This document shows, piece after piece, positions 25,046-38,509 of a stretch of 64,000 bases of DNA; positions within the stretch are counted from its first letter, which is position 1; each line of letters opens with the position of its first letter. Below the pieces are notes generated by a model. It ran no database searches, was not told the origin of the DNA, and saw only the letters and a list, made by a program, of their open reading frames with translations. Position numbers and translations under genes: made by a program. The stretch is taken from positions 46,624,001 through 46,688,000 of the forward strand of contig CM059434.1 in the NCBI GenBank assembly GCA_030390025.1, read 5' to 3'. This DNA is from Squalus acanthias. Its lineage: Eukaryota.

Positions 25046-26511
25046 TAAGAATACCGATATTTAAGCAGGGAGATCGAACATGCCCAGGGAATTATAGACC
25101 AGTCATCTTAACATTGGTGGTAGGAAAAATAATATAATCCCTACTAAAGGAGAAAATAGAAGAACATCTAGAAATATAATAATGAATAGTCAGCATGGAT
25201 TTCAACAGGGAAAGTCTTGCTTGACCAACCTTATTGAATTTTTTGAAGAGGTAACAGAGAGAGTAGACAATGGAAATGCAGTAGATGTAATTTATCTGGA
25301 TTTTCAAAAGGCCTTCAATAAAGTACCCCATAATAGACTGATGAACAAGGTCAGAGAATGCGGAGTCGGGACAAGTAGCAGAATGGATTGCTGGCTGGCT
25401 TCAGAAACAGAAAGCAGAGAATAGGAGTAAAGGGTAGCTATTCACAGTAGCAGAAGGTGTGTAGTGGTGTTCCACAAGGATCAGTTCTGGGACTACTGCT
25501 GTTCACAATTTACATTAACGATTTAGACTTAGGAATCAAAAACACAATTTCTAAATTTGCGGATGACACTAAATTGGGGGGGATAGTCAATACTGAGGAG
25601 GACTGCAACAAGTTACAGGAGGACATTAATAAACTTGCAGAATGGACATATATTTGGCAAATGAAGTTCAACACAGATAAATGTGAGGTATTACATTTTG
25701 GTAGGAAGAATAGGGAGGTCACTTTGGTAGAAGAATAGGGAGGTCACATCACTTGGAGGGTGCGAGTCTAGGTGGGGTAGAGGAACAAAGGGATCTAGGA
25801 GTACAAATACACAAATCACTAAAAGTTGCTATGCAGGTCAGCAAGGCCATAAAAAAAGTAAACCAAGCACTAGGGTTTATTTCTAGAGGTATAGAATTGA
25901 AAAGTAGGGAAGTTACAGGAAGAAACCTGTATCGAACTTTGGTTAGCCCACACTTAGAATACTGCATACAGTTCTGGTCGCCATATTATAAAAAGGATAT
26001 AGAGGCACTGGAGAGGGTGCAGAGAAGATTTACAAGGATGATACCAGAAATGCGAGGTTACACATATCAGGAAATGATGAACAGGCTGGGTCTCTTTTCT
26101 CTTGAAAAAAGAAGGCTGAGGGGTGACCTAATAGAGGTCTTTAAAATTATGAAAAATGTTGATAGAGTGGATACAGAGAGAATGTTTCCACTTTCGGGAA
26201 GAGCATAACTAGAGGCCATCAATATAAGATAGTCACCAAGAAATCCAATAGGGAATTCAGAAGAAACTTCTTTACCCAAAGAGTGGAGAGAATATGGAAC
26301 TCGCTACCACAGGGAGTGGTTGAAGCGAATAGTATAGATTAATTTAAGTGAAGGCTAGACAAGGATATGAAGGAAAAGGGAATAGAGGGTTATGCTGATA
26401 GATTTAGATGAGGAAAGACAGGAGGAGGCTCGTGTGGAGCATAAACGCCGGCATGGACTGGTTTGGCCAAATGGCATGTTTCTGTGCCATATATCCTATG
26501 TAATCCTATGT
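25046..26511 (+). mobile_element. CR1 LINE B, 5'-truncated, inserted in CR1 A
   Basis: [47 protein letters not shown]; CCTATGTAATCCTATGT tail; frameshifts. Confidence 0.9.
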
Positions 26512-26804
26512 AAGTATAGTGAACAGTGAGGAGGATAGTAATAGACTTCAAGAGGACATAGACAGGCTGGTGGAATGGGCGGACATGTGGCCGAATGAAA
26601 TTTAACACAGAAAAGTGTAAAGTGACACATTTTGGTAGGAAGAACGAGGAGAGGCGATATAAACTAAATGGCACAATTCTAAATGTGGTGCAGGAACAGA
26701 GAGACCTGGGGGTATTTGTGCACAAATCATTGAATATAGTTGGGCAAGTTGAGAAAGTGATTAAAAAAGCATACGGGATCCTGGGGTTTATAAATAGAGG
26801 CATA

Positions 26805-27553
26805 GGGCTCGATTTTGCCAGGCCCGAGGAGACGGGAATGGAGGCGTGTGGGGTGTTAAAATTGCAAAAAATGGCGGCGTGCCCGACCCCGCCTCCATCC
26901 CGCCTCCGAGCAATTTTCCCAAATGACTGGTTTCTGATCCCGTCTCCGTCCCACCTCCAAGAGGTGGGATAGGCCCTTAAGGCCCTTAAGAACCACTTAA
27001 TTGCCTCTATAATCCCATTTTGAGAGGCCTTTCTGATTTTAACACTTTTCCAACGTGATGCACGTCTCCTCTGAAACACGACGGTGAAACCTGGCGGTAG
27101 CACACTTGGATTGCTGACTATCAGCTGCAGGTCCACCATTAAGAAGGAGATTTGATCAATCATCATTCTGGGGGAACTTTTAGCAGTCATAACCATTGCT
27201 GTGGAACTTTGGAGCCTGGAGTAGTAGTGGTAGTGGTGGTGGTGGTGGTACAAAAAAAATCTGGGAGCAGACTTAGGTCTCCTGCTACTCATTTTGCCTC
27301 CAGGTCCCTCTCACAGCAAAGACCAAAAGCTTCCCAGTCTTTGCAGACCTTAAATGCAGCAGCAATGATGACATCATCAGAGGCGACTTTCAGACTGAAA
27401 AAACTAATTGGGTCATGGGTTCCCACATGCTGGAACTCAATTGCCCAATTAGGGGAAAATTGAATAATTCTCCCACATCCAATTGGAGTCAGGTGGCTAA
27501 CACGAAAAGCGGATGACATGACCCCAGCCGACCCCAATGACAAAATCGAGCCC
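26805..27553 (+). mobile_element. MITE family B copy 1
   Basis: Perfect 13-bp TIR GGGCTCGATTTTG / CAAAATCGAGCCC; inverse-colinear with 30238-30901. Confidence 0.88.
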
Positions 27554-28946
27554 ATTGTATCCAATTCTGGGCACCACACTTTAGGAAGGATGTGAAGGCC
27601 TTAGAGAGGGTGCAGAAAAGATTTATAAGAATGGTTCAAGGGATGAGAGACTTCAGTTACGTGGATAGACTGGAGAAGCTGGGGTTGTTCTCCTTCGAGC
27701 AGAGAAGGTTGAGAGATTTGATAGAGGTGTTCAAAATCTGAGGGGGTCTAGACAGAGTAGTTAGAGAGAAACTGTTACCATTGGTGGAAGGGTCGAGAAC
27801 CAAAGGACACAGATTTAAGGTGATTGACAGAAGAACCAAAAGCGACGTGAGAAAAAACATTTTTACGCAGTGAGTGGTTATGATCTGGAATGCACTGCCT
27901 GAAAGGGTGGAGGAGGCAGATTCAATCGTGGCTTTCAAAAGGGAATTGGATAAGTACCCGAAGGAAAAAAATTTGCAGGGCTACGGGGAAAGGGTGGGGG
28001 AGTGGGACTAGCTGAAGTGCTCTTGCTGAGAGCCGGCACAGACTCGATGGGCCGAATGGCCTCCTTCTGTGCTTCTATGATTCTATGACTCTGAGCCAAA
28101 GAAAGAGATATCAGGAAGCTTTGTCAAAGAGGTGGGTTTTAAGAAGGATCCTGAAGGAGGAGGGGGAAGTGGAGAAGAGGAGGAAATTGAGGAAGAAATT
28201 TCACACTGTGGGTCCTAGGAGGTTGAAGGCATGGTCACCAATGGTGGGTGAAAAGTGGATGAATGCAAGAGAGACTGGAAGTAGAGAATGGAGAGTTCCG
28301 GATTGGTGGGGGTGGGGGTGGCAGTTGTTGGAGAGCTGGAGGAGTTACAGACTTAGGAAGGGCAAGGCCATGAATGGATTTAAACGCAAAGATGGGAACT
28401 TTAAATATGAGACGTTAGGAGACCAGGAGCCAATGTAGGTCAGCAAGGAGAAGGGTGATGGGTGAGCGAGACTTGTCCAACATTAAACATGGATCACTAA
28501 CACTGCCAATCAACATGTGTGGTACAACTTTCAATCTAATTTATCCATTTTTTTAGTGAATAACACAATTGGCACAGCACAACTGCTTTTGCTGGGACTC
28601 GATTTTATATAATCACCACTCAGCTGTGGTGACTAGTAAAAGTGGTGAGTGGGTCAGTTCCTGGGTTTTTTTCTTTGAAATCAGATTTGGTATCATTTTT
28701 TAACAGAATTTTTTAGAATGTTAAATTTTACAGAAGTAGACTATTTGACTAAAGGCTGCAGGATTAAATTAATAAGACTAAGGTTGGAGTAGAGAATTAA
28801 CGAAAATCCCCACCCCACAGCCGAGCGGTGATTCACTAAAAAAAAAGAATAAATTACATTGAAAGTTGTACATATAAACACAGGCTAAAGCAATCAAATA
28901 CTTCAGAGGACATTGATGATTCTGCCATCCCCATTTGCAACATTAT

Positions 28947-29792
28947 GGGCTGGATTTTGTCAATGGGGACGTGATGGAGGCGGGACTCCCACTTTTTGGG
29001 TTGTAGTCCCGCCTCCATCGACTTGTGGCCAACCCACTGTATTTTCCCTTGATTGACCTTGTTAAGCCCGCCCAGCGGGCTCAGCAGGCCAATCAAGGGT
29101 CCCTTGGATACAGGTGACGTCAGCCATTGAAATTTCATCTGTCAAGAGCTTTTGACAGATGAAATTTCAGCGTTTGACAGCTCTGTGAAGCTGTCAAACA
29201 CTGACAATATGATTTCTAACTTGAGTCGCTGTACTTAGAGACTCAGTTAGAAATCAATCCAGCACAGAAAGCAGAGACTGCAGCTTTTGACAGCTCCACG
29301 GCTATTCTGCTTTCTGTGCCGTGGATGTGAGGGACTCCCGACACCTTAAGGAAGCTAGCCTGCAGGACAAAGTTAAGGTAAGTACAAGTTTTTAAAACAC
29401 TTTACACACACCAAACACACTTACCTCTGCACTCATGCACCCATCACTCACCTGCACACCGGACATCTCGACCCCTCCAAGCCCTCCAGACTGACGGTCC
29501 GCCTCACTAAATCGACATGGTTCGGACCTGTCGTGAAGCCCACACTTCAGGGCTAAAAATAGGGATTAGGCAAAAAACTGCCTGTTAACTACCTGTTAAC
29601 AGGCAGTTTATTGGCACTAATCCCCTTCCCACCTCGGGGAGGCGGGTCCCAGCACAGGTCGGGTACCCGCCTCCTGGGAAACTGGCATGGAGGCGGGTTG
29701 GGGGCGGGATGGGTTCGGGACCCCCGAATCTGCTATTTTCACACCACTCCCGCCTCCAAATCCGTCTCCACGGGCCGGTGAAAATTGATCCC
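28947..29792 (-). mobile_element. MITE family A copy 3 (inverted), inside a PLE family-2 3' end (~28915-29862)
   Basis: TIR GGGCTGGATTTT / AAAATTGATCCC; reverse-colinear with copies 1 and 2. Confidence 0.85.
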
Positions 29793-30237
29793 GTTAACTC
29801 TGTTTCTCTCTCAACGGATGCTGCCTGGCCTGCTGAGTGTTTCCAGCATTTTCTGTTGTTACTCCAGAGGACATGATGGTTCAGGTGCTGGTTGGGACAG
29901 ATGGGTAGAAGGTGGGGTGGAGTAGAGGGATCGTTATCTATGGAACGCACAGAGCTTTTGAGCATTATGTTCAAATTCTGAATGAAATATAGATCCACCA
30001 TGAGATCATGCTCATTGTTTAGCAGCAACAAAATCACACCTTCTGAAGTGTGCACCAATTGACAGCCATTCCATTGCATATAGAATTCCTCAGTCTGAGG
30101 GCTGAACATTAGCATTGCTGGAGATGCCATCAGTTGACCAGCCAATGAAAACTTTGCTGTTTTATGTGATTACCAATCATTTTTAAAAATATTATTATTC
30201 AAGCATTTAACTTAACAGTGTAACAAAGATATTCTAT

Positions 30238-30901
30238 GGGCTGGATTTTGATACTGGGGCGGTTGGGGTCGTGTCATCCACTTTTCGTGTTATCCACCCG
30301 ACTGCAATTGGATGTGAGAGATTGATGCGATTTTCACCTAATTGGGCAATTGAGTTCCAGCATGTGGGAACCCATTAACCAATTAGTGTTTTCAGTCTGA
30401 AAGTCACCTCTGATGATGTCATCATTGCTGCTGCATTGAAGGTCTGCAAAGACTGCCTGGCCTTTGCTGTGAGAGGACCTGGATGCAAAATGAGCAGCAG
30501 CAGCCCCAAGTCTGCTCCCAGATATTTTTGCACCACCACTCCCAGATATGTCTCCTCCTCATCCATCCATCCATCCAGATATGTCTCCTCCTCAGCCAGC
30601 TGTGCTCCCGCCAGGTTTCACATTCATGGTTCAGAACAGGCGTGCTTCACGTAAAAAAAGGGTTAAAATCACAAAGGCCTTTCAAAATGGCATTATAGAG
30701 CCAATTTAGTGCTTGTTAAGGGCCTTAACAGCCTATCCCACCTCTTAGAGGCGGGACGGAGTCGGGACCAGCAGACACGATTTAATGAAAATTGCGTGGC
30801 GGCGGGATGGAGGCGGACTTGTGCCCGCCTGCCAGTTTTCACAATTTTAACCCCCCACACGCCTCCAAACCCACCTCCACGGGTAAAAGAATATCCAGCC
30901 T
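30238..30901 (-). mobile_element. MITE family B copy 2
   Basis: GGGCTGGAT / ATCCAGCCT termini, 3-bp TSD TAT. Confidence 0.85.
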
Positions 30902-31334
30902 TATGTCTCCATCTGAAATTAGTGAGGGTGACTGGATAATTCACAAGGAACAGTAAGAAGTCAGCTATAGTCAGTCTTACAAGTGGAAATAAACAGATTT
31001 CAGCAGGAACAATCTATTATTTATATTATTATATTCACAGGTTTTTACGTTTCATATAATTTTGTAACCTTTGTTTTTAAAGAAAAAGCCATAAAATTGC
31101 ACCATATTGAGACATTATAGGAGTGCAGAATTTATTTCCATAGTTGCCAACTCATTGGTACCTGGTACCAATATTTTGCTGCTTGACTCAGCTTCCATTG
31201 ATAAATCCTTATGCACCACACCTCAGCTTCAAAATAATTAATTTAACATCTGCAGCAGATGAACCTTGGCTGCATAAATTTGTTACCATCAAGAAACTAC
31301 GCGAAGGCTGATAATGCAGAATATCACCAAGGCT

Positions 31335-32238
31335 GAAAGAGCAGGTTGTAAGAGTTGCTAGTAACATTTGCACCACACAAGTGCCAGGCAATAACCATCT
31401 CCAACAAAAGAGAACCTAACCATCTCCCCTTGGCATTCAATGGCTTTACAATTGCTGAGGCCGCACCATCAACATGCTGGGGGCCACCACTGACCAGAAA
31501 CTCAACTGGACCAACCACGTGAAACCCAAGGCTACTAGACCAGGTCAGAGACTGGGGGTGTTCTGCGGCGTGTGGCTCAACCTCTGATTTCTCAAAGCCT
31601 CTCCACTGCCTACAAGGCACAAGTCAGGAGTGTGATGGAATATTCTCTACTTGCCTGGATGAGTGCAGCTGCAGCAGCACTCAAGAAGCACAACACCATC
31701 CAGGACAAATCAGTCTGCTTGATCGACACCTCATCCACAAGCCTAAACATCCACCCCTCCACCATCGTGCGCACCATGGCTGCAGTGTATACTATCTATA
31801 AGATGTACTACAGAAACTTTCCAAGGCTTCTCCAAGCAGCACCTCCCAAACCCACAACCTCCACCTAGAAGGACAAGTGCAGCAGTTGTATGGGAACACC
31901 AGCACCTCCAAGTTCCCCTCCAAATCACACACCTTCCTGACTTGGACATATATCACCATCCCTTCTAACGAAAGGTCATCGACCTGAAATGTTAACTCTG
32001 TTTCTCTCTCCACAGATGCTGCCTGACCTGCTGAGTATTTCCAGCATTTTCTGTTTTTATATCACCATCCCTTCATTGTCGCTGGGTCAAAATCCTGGAA
32101 CTCGCTAACGAACAACATTGTGGGTACACTTTCACCACACGGACAAGGCGATGGCCCACCACCACGTTCTCAGGGCAGCTGGGGATGTGCAATAAATTCT
32201 GGCCTTGCTAGAGACACCCACATCCTGAAAATGAATTT
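31335..32238 (+). mobile_element. Old CR1-like LINE 3' portion
   Basis: LSTAYKAQVRSVMEYSLLAW peptide; 3' end ..AATAAAT..TGGCCTTGC.AG.GAC.CCCACATCC..AATGAAT shared with 59910-60068. Confidence 0.75.
31966..32057 (+). mobile_element. Solo PLE terminus starting at the hammerhead core
   Basis: 17-bp TSD TATATCACCATCCCTTC at 31949-31965 and 32058-32074. Confidence 0.88.
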
Positions 32239-34269
32239 AAGAAAATAAGGTAAATCTGGAAGTAGTGGTTAGGGAATGCCAAGCCCATATTTTAAAAATC
32301 TTAAGATTGTAGGTGGAAAATAAGAGTGAAGGACTAAGGAAATCCACAGTTTTGAGGTCCAGGAATTTAGTTAGAGACAGAGACAGTAAGACAATATGAG
32401 GTTGCAGGAAGAAGAAAGAGAGCGTAGGATGGCATATTAGGAGTGTAAAAGGAACAAATGCTTCTCCAACAGAAGAGTCTTTCACACTCCACCCTCTCTC
32501 TCTATTATATTTCTATTCAACGACATGCAATGGCATCCTCAGAGACAAAACAAAGATTGCTTACAGGATAATTTCATCATTTTGCGAGATATATGGAACG
32601 ACTTGAGGTCAGGAGGGTGGTTGGCACGTGTGGGCTGAATGCAGATCAAAACACTTTAGCAGCCAATTATTTGTCACTTTAAAGGACCCCTTAAAATGTT
32701 TACAAAAGGAAAAGGGGAAGATGAAGCATTCTGCTAGCCTGGCTACCATTAGTCCAGGGAAACTGCTGCTTCATTAATTAGTGCTGTCTGTTACACCATA
32801 AGGCACTTGCTGCAAGCATGCCAACAGGCCTGCAGCATGCTCAGATTTCAAAGGTGGCCCTTCGTGCCAGCTGCATCTGAAGATTCTGACAAATTTTAGG
32901 GATATAATTCTGGGCCCTTTTGAAATAAAAGCTGAGCTTGACTAGGGGAGATCAATGTACCAAAAAAAAAAAATGCCGGGTGTTTGATATGCAGCAGATG
33001 TCAGCTCGGGTTTTTTTGGAAAGCTGTTGACAGTTCCTGACGTATGACATCTTGACTTTTTCACAGCTAATCCCCCATCAGTGAGGCTTTAGAACAACAA
33101 GACTTAAACAAATTTTGATAGTTTGAAATTTACTTTTGCGGAGAAGGAAAGCCAGATGGAGCAAAAAACTACATTGAGGAAAAACTCACACAGCACGATC
33201 CTTTCAAGGACACTTATGTCAGGGATTTCAAGACTTTCCCATTGTCCTTTTAGTTCAGGTCCATTAAACTCACATTTTTTTTTGGATACGGTGCTTATGA
33301 CCAAAACTACATTATTTGTACAGTTTGTGCTAGTTTTGCTTGACCCAATTAGCCACTTAACTCCATGCTTGAAACCTAAAGCCAATACAGTGATTGTAGT
33401 TGCATCAAACACTCTCTGCACTAGCCCCTCCCACCTCATCGCCATTGTGCATGTACTGTGATTTTTTTTATGAGTATATCACTATGGTGCACGGGTACAC
33501 ATCTTTGTGATACTGTTGCTTATTAATGAGGATATCTGGCCCTTTGATATATCATGCTTTCCCTGAGCTTTTGGTGACGTACCTCCTTGGATGAGGACCC
33601 TTTAGTACCAGGACAGCTTTGCAGCTCAGGATTTTCACAGGTTCATTTGTTCATTTTCATTTTGGAAAAATTGATTTGTGTAAATATGTTTTTGTCCCAG
33701 GTGTCAAAAGTTCAATTTAAATGAGGCCTAAGAGTTTATCACAATGTATTCTGACAAAAGTCTATGAGCAACAGACATTTTTGAGAAATGATTAGATATT
33801 ACAAAACATGTTTTCGAATTATGCCATCATTGACCTTCCAGTTAAACTTGTGAAATCCTGTTAAGTGAACATGCTTCTCTCCAGTTACAAACTTTACTGT
33901 ATTGAAGCCCAAACCCTTGTCGCATTCTATATCTAATCCTATATGGCTGCTTAGTTAATTGCTGTACTGTCCAACATCCATAGCAAAAGAAGCTGAAATT
34001 AAGAACATAGTTCTATTATACTGAAACAATAAATGCTTTTAAAGAACCAGAATACATCCGATCACAGATAACCAACTGTTAAAACAGGTCCCCAGGAAGG
34101 CTGGCTAAAGCCAAATACTGGGATAATTCATAAACATCTAGATGCTGTATTGGAAAATGGTGAAGTTGCTATTTTGAAGGATGAGATCAAATGGACTGAT
34201 AGGCTTTCTTCATCTGAACCAGTCTTGTAATACAAGCAAAACCACAGATTGTTACTGTGAAAGAACATT

Positions 34270-35036
34270 GGCCCGGAATTTGTGGTTGTAATGACAGCGA
34301 AACTGTCAGCGTTTGCCGTTGTTCCTCTGTAAAACTGATAGCAACTTCTGGAGTCCGCATATGCACAGTTAAACGTGGAAATTCTGAAGTTGCTGTCAGT
34401 GATACCCTGCTCCTCCACAGGGTGCGCTGTTGCAGTCCTCGCAGATGCAATCAACACAGAATCAATGAATTGATGCGAACTTCAGCTTTTTACGCACTAA
34501 TCTCGTTGTAAAAACCCTTAAAAAAGTTAAGCTTTGTTTAATGAGGTGTAACTGATTTTTTTAACGGCGTACTAAGTCAAAATTACTGCTGAGCAACCTG
34601 TCTGGCCCTGAAAAACTAATTTTATATGTGGGGTCTCATTTTCTACAATACAGGATAAAAATTCCATGATTTTTAAAATACTAAAGACTTTTTTTTTAAG
34701 TTTGTTTATGATATTTCAGCTTCTACCTTAATCCCATGTGTATGTCCCAATCATTTTTTCGCTTTATGTAAAAGTATTAAAAAGTGAATGATAAAGCTTG
34801 CTTTTTACTTCCTGGTTTGCTGTCTATGAGAATTCTTCAATGTGATTGGCTGCTGAGCCGGCTTAATGACATCACTGTTGCTGGATGCTGGAGATTCCCT
34901 ATACGTGATGGCAGAATGAAATTAACGTTGGGAAAGTTGAAATCCACGCACAGAGATCGCTAGATCTTTGTGGACAGCTTTCTTCGTGGTCAGCGGCGAG
35001 CGCCGTCACTTCGCTGCTGACAGCAAAATCCGGGCC
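34270..35036. mobile_element. MITE family C (Harbinger-like)
   Basis: TIR GGCCCGGAATTTG / CAAAATCCGGGCC, 3-bp TSD ATT. Confidence 0.85.
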
Positions 35037-37405
35037 ATTAAGTTTTTGCAATCCCTATTTGACACTCTTGTTGCACTTTAGATGTTTGATCAGTTTCATG
35101 TGATCTACCAAGACAGCTATATTAATGTTTAGAAAGGTAATCAAAATTATATATAACACAAACATTGCACAGGTTGGCTCTCATTTACTCTTCAGAACTT
35201 GAATTCAGGAAACTGATGACTCGTAGCTATAATCCATTAGTAGTCGACTTTCAAACATGAGGTCTGAATCCAGAACTCAGTCACAATTACCAATCATTCC
35301 ATTCTATCTCTGATTGGGGGCGGGTAGAGAAGTAGGAAATATCGTCAGGTGATCTGCAGGATGTACAAACACTGCCCCAGAAAAAGGAGTTGAGAACAAA
35401 TGGTTCGGACGCCTGCTGAATCAACCAAGGAGGAGCATGGACAGCATTAGTGGAGATGGGAGAACTGTCTCACTCTCCTGACTCACAATCATTGTCCGAG
35501 GATGTGAACAGCATTTACTTGGGGTGAATAAAAAGTGTAAGCAGCTCTGCTGACAGCTCAGCAAAATTACCCATGGAGTAGTTAATCTATACTGAACAGG
35601 CATGATAGAAGACGGCTAAAAGTGGGCACGTGTGGCATTGGGTGAGGACAGGATTGGGTTTGCCCATGATTGCCCTATGGTTGAATAGCCTGCAGATATT
35701 CACTGGCAGGATGACACAGGAATAACATCACCTTGGGCAAGATACCAGAGAGCATCAGCACCTGTGAAACTGTATCCTGTCAAGGAGTTAATGCCTGCAG
35801 AAGAGAAGAGAACATTGAGGGTATCATAAAAGAACTAGTATTGTACTTATATAAGGAGCTGAATCAATAAAAATGACTTTTCTAAAGGAAACTTGCTTTG
35901 CTGGACACAGAGGGAAAGTAGATCTGACCATTGCAGTTCAGATCAATACTTACTGACCTGTTGCTTTAAGCACTCTGCAAACAACATCATGGTTGAACCT
36001 ACTTGTCAGTTACATTTTAATCATTTCATTTCTCAGGTGGGTTCATTTTTCCTGAGACGCTTCCACTTTTCTGCCTAATGAAACATGATTGTTTGTAATA
36101 TGAGGAAGCTCAGCGTTGAACACGGCAAGATTTTTGCAAGGCTTCACGTTAATTAAGTACCTTGCTTTCAACAGGTCCTCCCATGGTGCACTGAGGAAGC
36201 ACAATTATATCTGTGCACATTCCAACCGACACTCTGCACCATGTCCAGGTGACACGGCTGCTATCTGGCATTGGTTAGGAATTCATGAATGGCACAAATG
36301 GCTTTAGGTGTCCAAATCTGCAGGGGATCCTGATGCACCAGCTTGGGGGAGGGGAAGAGCAGCCAGCCAGTAAATGCTGTTGTTAACCAATGTCCATCTA
36401 CTTGAAGCTAGGGTTTTTACATTATATTGTTCCCCCTGTTCAGTTTGTTTAAGTAGTGAACCTTAATAACATCACTGGAGAACCCAGCTGAATCTAGCAA
36501 TGTGGGGAAGATGAATTGACGTGTAAAGTTAAAAATCACAATACTTCTAACAACCTTTAAACACTCAGGTATTTAAATTCCCATTAGCTGTAGCCTCAGT
36601 GATGAATGCACTGTGACAAATAAAATCAACAGTTTTATTCAAGGTTTAGAATGCTACTGGCTTCTTTAATTCTATCAATCACAGAAATCATATCCAGTTT
36701 CCCTTAAATACAATTGTAACAGATGTTATTTGGTGTGTCTGTACCTGATGTCTGAGAGAGGGACAAGGTCTCTCGATTCAGATACAAATATCTTGTGGGA
36801 TCTGTTCAAATATGCGTTGGACTGACAGCTTTTTTTGAATTTGACAGTTATTTAAATCTGCTTACTCCCAGTCACTTTATTTAATGGTATTTATTAACAT
36901 GTCTGTTCAAATTAATGAATCTTTCTATAACCTTCGAAGAGAGATAGTTAGTGCAGATAACTCCTGTAGATGATAAGAAAAGGCAAAAAAGCTACATTGG
37001 AATATTACTTATATCATAGTTTAGCACAGCAGTTATAAATTATTGTTTTCTACTACACAAGAGCTAACTAAAGGAAGAAAGACTTGCAATTAAAAAAGTG
37101 CCTTTTATGACCTCAGGACATCCCAAAACTAAGCTCAATAACTACTGTAAATATATATAATGTTTCACTGCTACTATTTGCTTGTTCTTTTATTTAATAT
37201 ATTTGTTTGGCAGTTAAAGCCTAAGTCAAGTATGTTATTTTCCGAAGACAGGGAGAATCACATGAAGGCATGGGATAGAAACATTAGCTGAATTAGCAGA
37301 AATAATCTGAATAGAGTTCTCCGTTTTAAGGGCACACTACAATTTTCCCTCGATATGTGAGTAAGTGAAAACACTTTCTGTGGACCATAGGGAGCGGAGA
37401 CTCAC

Positions 37406-37418
37406 TTGTTAGCGTCGT
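37406..37418 (-). other. Candidate 13-nt microexon or terminal-exon start
   Basis: CTTTTGTCTTCCATGTTTCAG|ACGACGCTAACAA|GTGAGT; retains CpGs in an AT-rich background. Confidence 0.35.
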
Positions 37419-37718
37419 CTGAAACATGGAAGACAAAAGTGTCTAGAGTAACAACAGATAAAGAAATCTCACAAATGTAACAAAGTTTGTTTTATACTCG
37501 CGCTCTATATTTTAAATCACTTCCTCCAAAGCTGACAGGGATAAGATTTTATTACATTATTTCCACAAAAATGCAGTGATTGAAAGTAAAAATAACACTT
37601 TCAAATACACACTGCATTTGGGGGGTGATTGCCACAGTTCACTATTTTCCTGGGGAATTGGAAATGGGTCAGTAAAGAACACAGTTAAGATTTTACGACA
37701 AGTACTGAATTATGTTAT

Positions 37719-38509
37719 AGCAAAATACTGCGGATGCTGGAAATCTGAAATAACAACAGAAAATGCTGGAAACACTCAGCAGGCCAGGCAGCATCCGTGG
37801 AGAGAGAAACAGAGTTAACGTTTCAGGTCTGGGACCCTTCATCAGAACTGGAAAAAGCTGGAGATGTAACAGATATTAAGCAGGTGCAGAGACAGGGAGT
37901 GGGGTGGGGGGGGGAGGGGGTGGGTGGGAGGGGAGGAAGGAATTGAAGGAACATACATTGCTGAGGTAAGAGGCAGGAAAGATCAAATGTTGCAAATGGG
38001 AATGGCAAAATCATACAGCATGAAAAATGGGAGCAGGGGTTATAGTTTGAAATTGTTGAACTCAATGTTGAGTCCAGAAGGCTGTAAAGTGCTTAATCGA
38101 AAGATGAGATGCTGTTCCTCGAGCTTACATTGAGCTTCATTGGAACAATGTAAGAGGCCGAGGACAGAGAGATCAGAGTGGGAGGTGTTCCGCAAAGTGG
38201 TCACCCAATCTGCGTTTGAACGATCGAAAGATGAGGTGCTGTGGAACACCTCCGTTCAGTCCGTAAGGGTGACCCTGAGCTTCCGGTCGCCTGTCACTTT
38301 AATTCTCCGTTTCACTCCCACTCTGATCTCTCTGTCACCTCCCACCCACCCACCCCCTCCCTGTCTCTGCACCTGCTTAATATCTGTTACATCTCCAGCT
38401 TTTTCCAGTTCTGATGAAGGGTCCCAGACCTGAAACGTTAACTCTGTTTCTCTCTCCACAGATGCTGCCTGGCCTGCTGAGTGTTTCCAGCATTTTCTGT
38501 TGTTATTTA
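37719..38509. mobile_element. Inverted (head-to-head) PLE family-2 insertion with two hammerhead motifs
   Basis: Minus arm 37719-~38240, plus arm ~38241-38509; 13-bp TSD TGAATTATGTTAT at 37706-37718 and 38510-38522. Confidence 0.92.

Larger units (their letters stand above)
24765..28090 (+). mobile_element. CR1 LINE A (24765-25045, 26512-26804, 27554-28090)
   Basis: [26 protein letters not shown] resumes after the inserted CR1 B; TTCTATGATTCTATGA tail. Confidence 0.88.
24665..28475 (-). mobile_element. L2-like LINE 3' fragment (24665-24768 plus 28089-28475) split by nested insertions
   Basis: (CAA)n tail plus CACTTATATGGCACCTTT, continuing after the CR1 tail; homologous to the plus-strand copy at 47700-47970. 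Confidence 0.6.

Noticed and set aside
26390-27292. 300-aa minus-strand ORF with a poly-His tract
   Set aside because: Chimeric antisense reading across CR1 and MITE B; the His run comes from a (GTG/GTA)n microsatellite
33104-33461. Overlapping ~112-aa ORFs on both strands (also 40267-40591, 59164-59481, 63149-63526)
   Set aside because: No recognisable motifs or convincing splice boundaries; compatible with random ORFs
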